From NCBI GenBank assembly GCA_008632985.1, contig QPGO01000051.1, forward strand, positions 62,001-126,000: a stretch of 64,000 nt of DNA. The letters are read 5' to 3'. The notes beneath the pieces were generated by a model. It made no database searches, was not told where the DNA came from, and worked only from the letters and a program-made list of their open reading frames with translations. The stretch comes from Psammoneis japonica. Its lineage: Eukaryota. The stretch's first letter is position 1. Each line of letters opens with the position of its first letter. Shown piece after piece: positions 57,411-64,000 of the stretch. The translations under genes and the position numbers were made by a program.

Positions 57411-58771
57411 CTAACTTTGATTGGACTCAAAGTCCTTGGGCAACCAATCCATCATTGCATTGATAGCCTTGTTGAGACCGTTCTTTTCCACAATCCGGCG
57501 TTCATTTCCACGCCACTCGTCATTGTCGTCCCAGGTAAACCACGACACGGCATGGAATCGATCGCCGGCAAACACGTCCCGTCCATGAAGCGCACGGTAA
57601 TTATCCACCAAGAGAACATCACCGGGCTCCATGGAGAGAGCGGTAATGTGCTTCTCACTTGCACGTTTGATTTCTTGACAATCCTCAAGCGTCAATGGTT
57701 CCATCGTGTCGGCATAGAAGACTTCTGTCATTCCCACCTCTGGCACGCCGCAGGGTCTTCTGTCGCGGAGCTTGCGAGCGTGGTTGTGGGCATTGTTGAA
57801 CCACACGGGCAGACCCGTCACTGGATGACGGTTAATGGGCGACTCGGCACACTCGACGGCTTGGAGCGTCCCGGCTTGCCATCGGCTTCATAAATCATTT
57901 CCAAATCCATATCAAACTTGGGAGCAACAGCCATATCCACGACTCCCTTGATTCCCTCCTTGACGGGTCCAGGAAGTTCCGGGGGAATGTCCAGATTCGA
58001 CACGGAAATACGAATCTTGCGATCATATAGTTTCTGCAAAACCTTGGTATCCAGTTCGGCCAAAATGGCGGCACCGTCCGCCACAAGAAAGCGTCCACCG
58101 CCCTCGGTGGCTTTCTGAAAGCACACAAAGGCCGCATAGGCGGCCGTGCGCTTGGCGGTCGATTCGCAATGCAAACCAATGTAATGTCCTCGCAACGACG
58201 GTTTGTTGACTTCTTCATAGAGCGCATCACGCTCGGATGCAAACTTGCGCAATCCCGAACTGTGAAGAGGATCCAAACAGGGTTCCAACTCGAGTGCCTC
58301 GTACATGGCACGGTGGCCCTTGACATTTTTCATCAAATCAAAACCACGAAACCAAATTGCACCATACTTGAGAAGCTCACTGCGAATCTTTTCCTTGTTT
58401 TTACTAAAATACTCGGCTCCCATGGCATTATCCGCGTCTGACGCACGCATCTCTAATGGACACTTTGGCATTTTGGCCGCTTCTTTTTGCGCTTGAATTA
58501 CGTCAATGTTTTCGGTATCCCAACGAGTCAGGACATTCCCACATGCCACTCAAATCGGGTTTCGACTCGTCGCTCTTCATGAATTCTTCTGGTTCCAATC
58601 CCGGACGATCTTCCCATTCGGGGACATAACCCGCATCGGGAGCGACTCGTTCCGGTGCAACGGTGGATGCCAATTTTGTGGATGCAGCACGTCCGACGGG
58701 AGTGGGGAAAAGGCAACCACAGCGGTGGAACACAAGGCAACCACTGTCAATGCTAGTGAATTAAACTTCAT
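57411..58771 (-). CDS. TauD/TfdA (clavaminate-synthase-like) dioxygenase, plastid-targeted; several frameshifts
   Basis: LLKYGAIWFRGF, IGLHCES, VWFNNAH and GDVLLVDNYRALHGRDVF motifs. Leader MKFNSLALTVVALCSTAVVAFSP. Confidence 0.88.
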
Positions 58772-59184
58772 GGTATTACAATATTGTCGTGGCAACAAGA
58801 AGATACACACAGTATGCCTCCAATCCGAACAGCTGAGAAAGAAGATGCGGTCCGTGTTGATTTGCAATGAGATGAATGATCGCGGTGAGAGCTCGGTCTC
58901 AAAACTTCAACATGCTGAGTCACTCTTCGTGTAGAACTTGTACCATTGGTACAGTTGTGTAGAATCCTACGAAGACCAATCAAAGATCCTTTCGTCTGTC
59001 TGCTGACCGCACTCCACGTGTAATTGCTTTTGAACCGAGAAAAGTTCCACACGTGTTGTTGTGATGTGTTTCAACACAAAACAGCAGAAAAAGGGCGTCA
59101 GTAGTTAGTTGTGCATCAGAGCCCATCAGACTTGGGAGAAGACTATTTTTCAGCAGATAGGTTTAATAAACAACATCTTTAGTC

Positions 59185-62100
59185 ATGCGCATGGGAAGTC
59201 CCCCCAAGAAGCGACGGGGTCGGAGAAATAAAAACGCTGCTCCGACTCGCAAAACATTCCGAAATTTTCCTCTCCAGGATTAATCGTTGGGCATGTATCG
59301 TCGGATTTGATTGCGTCCATTTATACCCCCACCATTGTTCATAAAGCGGATGAAATGTTGGAAACCTATGCCGGTGAATTGTTGGATTACCAAGACTTGA
59401 TCAAGGAACGAGGCGGTCAAGCCGAGGTGGATGCAGAAGGAAATGTAATGACAGAAGAGCAAGAGCTGCCTCCACATCCGACTCGTCCACTCTTTGCTTC
59501 GCAAGCCTCCATTGACGACTTTGCCGATACGCTGAATGAAATATCCAAACACTTTGGTACAGAAACCAATGGTTGGAAGGTACACGCCCACGCGGCCAAG
59601 TTTGAACGTCAACTCGATGAAAAGTACGGGATTTTCCGACCGTTCATTACAAACCACCCGGAAATTGAAATTTCATCCGATCCATGCAACGCAAATACGC
59701 CATGGGACACTTTAGTCCCTTTCGAAAAGGAGAATCTCCGTTTGGGACAACGACGTCTGTCATTTTGCTATTCATGATGCAACGCAATGGAGTACGGTGG
59801 GAAGCACTCTTGCTTTCCTTTCTCTTTTTGCTGGTTGGGTTACAACCGTGGGCATTGGTTGTCCTTGTCGCGTTGGTGCACAGTCAATTGGAAAAGAGAA
59901 AAGCCACGTCGGTAGGCAACATGCCGTCTGTAATTGAACCCGTCAAGCCGTTTTATCAACGCGACGATAAAGACGCACAAGTAGTGAGTGACGAGGAAAA
60001 GCTTGCGATTTTATCCAAACCGGTTGGTACGAAACTAGCAGAAGGAGAGAAACTAGACGGATCGGCATACAATGTTATTGTTCTTGGCTCTGGTCCGGCT
60101 ACGCTCTATACAGCGGCTCTCTTGTCACGAGCCGGACGCAAGGTTCTCGTCCTGTCTGGCAATGCCGACGCGAGTGGGTGCTTGACCATGAGCTCGTCGG
60201 GCTCGCGGTTTGCAGGCGTTCCATTTGACGCGGCGTCTTCCAATGTATCGAGATTAAACAAGATGCAGTCACTATTAGCTCCGGCGCTCGTGACACGACG
60301 GACGTGCAGGGCGGAATTCGCTTTGCCGAGATTGGATCCGAAACGGACGGATTTGCCTTTGAGATTTTGTCTATACCCGGCATGGGTTGTCGGGACGGCA
60401 AGGGCAGTGAACCCTTTGTCTTGCGTGCTGGAGGTGGAATCAGTAGTCTCATGGATGATACAGCCACCCATCTTGGCGATGGATGGCCTGGGAACGACGG
60501 TGACATTGGACACTCCACCAGTGGAGCGTACATGGCCGTTTGCGCCGCTATTAATGCATCTGCCTCTGATTTTTACATGTCCAAGATTTTGCCAGAACAA
60601 GTCAATTCTATGCGAAGCTCCAGCACGTACCAAGACATGTCCTTGAGGTATGCATCGACATTGTTGGATCGGTACTTTAGTTTGAATGGACACGTTCGAT
60701 CCCTCATGGCGGGCATTGGTCTCAAGGGCGAAGCGTTGAAACCATCCAAGACTAGCATTGCCGCGCACGTTACGAATATTTGTTCTGCTCTCTCGGGAGA
60801 AGGTATGCATTATCCAGTCGGAGGGCCTCGAACGCTTAGTCATGCTCTTGCGTCTGTCATTGAACAATGCGGAGGCCGTGTCGTTTCGGGTGTCCACGTC
60901 CAAGAACTCATGTTTGGACCAGCTCCCCCAGTCGATCAACAAAAGAAAAAGAGCAACAATGGTGACAAACAAGCCGAAGATGACATGCCACCTGCGCCTC
61001 GATGCATTGGAGTCAAACTTGGCAATGGACAGGTTGTAACGCTCCCTCAGCAACAACAAGGTGACCAAGCTGTATCTGTCGAATCCACTGTTTTATCAAT
61101 GGAAGGATTTATTCATACGTTCATTAGGTTACTGCCCGAATCTATAAGAAGCAAGCACAAGGTGCCTCGGGGATTGCCGGCCTTGACGGAGAGTCGTCCC
61201 GTATTCAAGGTATTGTTTGGAATAAAAGGCAACGCGCAAGACTTGAATGTAACGGGTGCTGACTTTTATCGATTGCCACAAGCGTCCTTGGCAATTGACG
61301 AAATTGATCCCGTCACGGGAGCGATCAAGCTAGGAGTTATTGGAGGTTCCAATGACGAGGACGATGAGGCCCATGCACAAGCTACCGCGGACCAGGGCGC
61401 AGGCGAAGACAAGCGCCGAGACAAGACATCCAAACTAGAAGCTACGGACGAAATAACGACACGGACCAACCTTCTGGTCTTGCAAAAAAGAAAAAGATGG
61501 GAAGAAACAAATTTGATACTGGAGTGTCGTGGATGCAGATTTCCTTTCCGTCTGCCAAAGACCCCGCGTTCGGTTCGTGCCATGGCAAGACAAAACAACA
61601 TGCGTCGTGACGATTGAAGCTGATGACGACTTTGTAGCTTTCTTTGATACCAAACCAAAACTCTATGTGGACACGTCTAGCGATGCGGGTACACGCGCAA
61701 GGTTGATTGATCGCGTCAAGAATGATCTTCTGGAACCTTTCCTCAGCTTGATGGTAAGTTGTAATTATTGGCGCTTGTGGTTGTCGATATTATATGTTGT
61801 GAAGCTCTTCTCAAACGCTCCATTTCCTTTTCACCTTTAGGAAAAATTGAGCACGTTGAGCTTCATGGTCCGTTTCACCGTGGCCTTAGTCACAATCCGG
61901 AAAGATATGCGGCCAAGGGCGTCAGAGCAGAGTCTCCTTATCCTGGTTTGTTTCTTGGTGGGTCTGACTTGACCGTAGGTGAATCCTTTTCTGGTTCCAT
62001 TGTAGGCGGTTGGCTTGCAGCTAATGCAGTAATGGGATACAGCATGTTGGACCATTTGTACTTGAACAAGAACATCACGTCGGATTTGGAACGTTTCTTG

Positions 62101-62193
62101 TTCATGCTCCTTCGTCGCTCGAACAAGAGGATTTGGCTGTCCGTTACGCCCACCGTTTCAGAGGTCCCCAAAGAAGACGCGAAACAGTCATGA
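59185..62193 (+). CDS. FAD-dependent oxidoreductase, retinol-saturase/phytoene-desaturase-like, with an N-terminal membrane region; frameshifts and an intron at about 61754-61840
   Basis: VIVLGSGPATLYTAALLSRAGRKVLVL, MHYPVGGPRTLS and PYPGLFLGGSDL motifs. Start uncertain. Confidence 0.8.
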
Positions 62194-63541
62194 ATACAGG
62201 ACTGAAATAATAGCCAGGCACGCATATAGGCGATAAAGATAAACAAAGAAACGATTCAGAACATGTAAATTCAACGATTATCAACGATCTATTCACGGGT
62301 TTTAAGAACGCCCATGACGACCATCCTCCTCTAGGCAGGACAAAGAGGAATCCTTCTTCACCCAATTCGCTCAACACCGACCGAATGGCGTGCTTTGAAA
62401 GAACTACACTCCGTTTCCATTTACCAGCAGCGTTTGCCTCTCGAGCCCTTTTCAGCTTGTTCGTCGGTAAGGCTTTTAGGAAGTCATCATTCAGTATACC
62501 CTCACCTAAGTAACGATTGATGAATTCATCCACAAGATCGATTGCGCATGTGCTCCCGGATTCGCCAATGATGTCCGCGAAACTTTGGGCATCCTCCCTA
62601 TCTCTGCGTAAACCCCTACGGTCGATTAACTCTATCGATTCCATTGCCGTCTTGAGCCGATCTAGTGAAGGGAGGACGCGGCCATGCTTTCTCAACCGAT
62701 TCTTGGATATCTTTGTATCGAGAAGTGCCTTTGCAGTCAGTTCATCCAGCCTCTCATCATTAAATTTCGGACTAAACTCCTTGAGTACAGTATTAATACA
62801 TGCAAGGTAGCTACATGATGCCTCATCCAAATCTGCAGGGAACGGTGTCCTCTCGTTGCACCGGCCGTCCTCGTAGATAAGATCATCGAAACCAAAGTTA
62901 AACGGAACGAAGGAATTACTGGACATCTGTATCATCTTGATATTGGGTTTGTCACTCCTTACAGCTGCGAACACTGGTCGAATTTCTTTCAAATTCAGAT
63001 TGTATGCGGTAATCTTTTCCACCACCTTGCCTGTATCGTCAAAGGCCACAATCTGGAAATCCGCTTTGCCTGAAATGATTCCTTCTGCTCCCACAGACAT
63101 GACGGGAGGATCAAATGTGATTGTCATTGAATTGGCATTTGGGCGGCACTTGTTTTGTTGTACAAATGCATCATTTGGAAGTGAACCGAATGTCGCATCG
63201 TCGAGGTGCGTTCTTGCGCAGACTTGACACGCTCCGGGCACATCAAAGGTGACTCCAGGGAACTGGTTTGAAATGATGTCTCCATCGCATCTAATTCCTC
63301 CACCCTTGAGGTCATCAAAGTCAAGTGTGGTTGCACAGCTACCGAAATCGCCACGAGTCAAAGGTTTAGCTGTCGCTCCTCCAGCACTATTGACATCTGC
63401 TGCCTGCGAAGGAAAAAGAGCCGCCCCCGTCGCCTCTGCAAAGAGCGGATTACCAAGGGCATCAAGCTCCTCTGCATTCACAAACCAAACCTGTCTTGCT
63501 AAGACTAGCGCAACACCGACAAGGCGCCTGCGGAAGATCAT
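62144..63541 (-). CDS. Putative secreted protein, function unknown (3' end uncertain)
   Basis: 465 aa ORF with a signal-peptide-like N-terminus and a beta-rich domain (TLDFDDL...ITFDPPVMSVG...FGFDDLIY). Confidence 0.65.
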   Translation of the reverse strand: MIFRRRLVGVALVLARQVWFVNAEELDALGNPLFAEATGAALFPSQAADVNSAGGATAKPLTRGDFGSCATTLDFDDLKGGGIRCDGDIISNQFPGVTFDVPGACQVCARTHLDDATFGSLPNDAFVQQNKCRPNANSMTITFDPPVMSVGAEGIISGKADFQIVAFDDTGKVVEKITAYNLNLKEIRPVFAAVRSDKPNIKMIQMSSNSFVPFNFGFDDLIYEDGRCNERTPFPADLDEASCSYLACINTVLKEFSPKFNDERLDELTAKALLDTKISKNRLRKHGRVLPSLDRLKTAMESIELIDRRGLRRDREDAQSFADIIGESGSTCAIDLVDEFINRYLGEGILNDDFLKALPTNKLKRAREANAAGKWKRSVVLSKHAIRSVLSELGEEGFLFVLPRGGWSSWAFLKPVNRSLIIVEFTCSESFLCLSLSPICVPGYYFSPVFMTVSRLLWGPLKRWA

Positions 63542-63845
63542 CTTGTTTGTGCAAAGAGAGTGTCATCGCGGTCTCCCTCTTCCTATGCCGTGCCGTGAAT
63601 CCGCAAATTGTGACCTCAATTTTTCACAGCGCCGCAGAAACATTTATTGTGACATCACACAAGTCATTAGTTCGCTTTTAAATGTTTGGTCGTGGTCCGC
63701 GATCAAAAGATTTTGAGTCGTGCGAATCATCAAGGACTCGCAAACCTTGAACCCGGAAGTGCGATAGGCAGGATAAAAAAAATCTTTCATGACAATGACA
63801 TCAATGACAATACGCGTACTGTAAGAGAAAACACACCGCAGAAGA

Positions 63846-64000
63846 ATGAGTGAGCCCGTCCCGTCATCCTCAGCAATGCTCAGTCCTAATGTGTCCGAAG
63901 CTCTAAACCTCAAGGCCGCAGGGAATACGCTTCTGGCTGCAGGAGACTACTCTGGAGCGATTGATTCATACTCTGAAGCGCTGAAGCTCATACCAGCAGC
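63846..64000 (+). CDS. TPR-repeat protein, 5' part (runs off the window)
   Basis: MSEPVP...ALNLKAAGNTLLAAGDYSGAIDSYSEALKLIP matches the TPR consensus. Confidence 0.8.
   Translation, partial: MSEPVPSSSAMLSPNVSEALNLKAAGNTLLAAGDYSGAIDSYSEALKLIPA

Noticed and set aside
60106..61068. 320 aa minus-strand ORF
   Set aside because: It is the antisense shadow of the FAD oxidoreductase.
12508..62193. Frameshifts in aminopeptidase P, MYND-ankyrin, glyoxalase, DAHP synthase, TauD and the FAD oxidoreductase as programmed frameshifting or mass pseudogenisation
   Set aside because: These are scattered single-base indels in otherwise well-conserved genes with no common slippery motif. Sequencing or assembly error is most likely, but this cannot be confirmed without reads.
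48686..62193. DAHP synthase, TauD dioxygenase and FAD oxidoreductase as a biosynthetic gene cluster
   Set aside because: There is no scaffold-forming enzyme, the genes are interspersed with unrelated ones, and nothing in the sequence supports co-regulation.

Overview
This is eukaryotic nuclear DNA, very probably from a diatom. Support: short GT-AG introns, signal peptide plus ASAFAP-like plastid-targeting motifs on HemF, DAHP synthase and a TauD protein, and a DUF6824 gene. About 20 recognisable genes are present, several broken by single-base frameshifts that look like assembly errors, along with eight copies or fragments of one ARM-repeat gene family. The striking feature is a set of sharply bounded domains (about 1-1750, 2000-2640, 11860-12240, 17380-19945, 31480-32990, 34300-40165 and 42420-48405) in which the dinucleotide TpA is almost erased and TpG/CpA is strongly enriched. 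These domains hold transposon-like fossils and captured host-gene copies. Paralogous copies inside versus outside them show the directional changes directly: TA>TG and TA>CA on both strands, on top of ordinary CG>TG/CA. The few surviving TAs sit mostly in a TAAA/TTTA context. This points to a region-targeted A:T>G:C hypermutation system, RIP-like in outcome but opposite in chemistry, which I do not recognise from established knowledge. All alignments and dinucleotide scans were done by eye.
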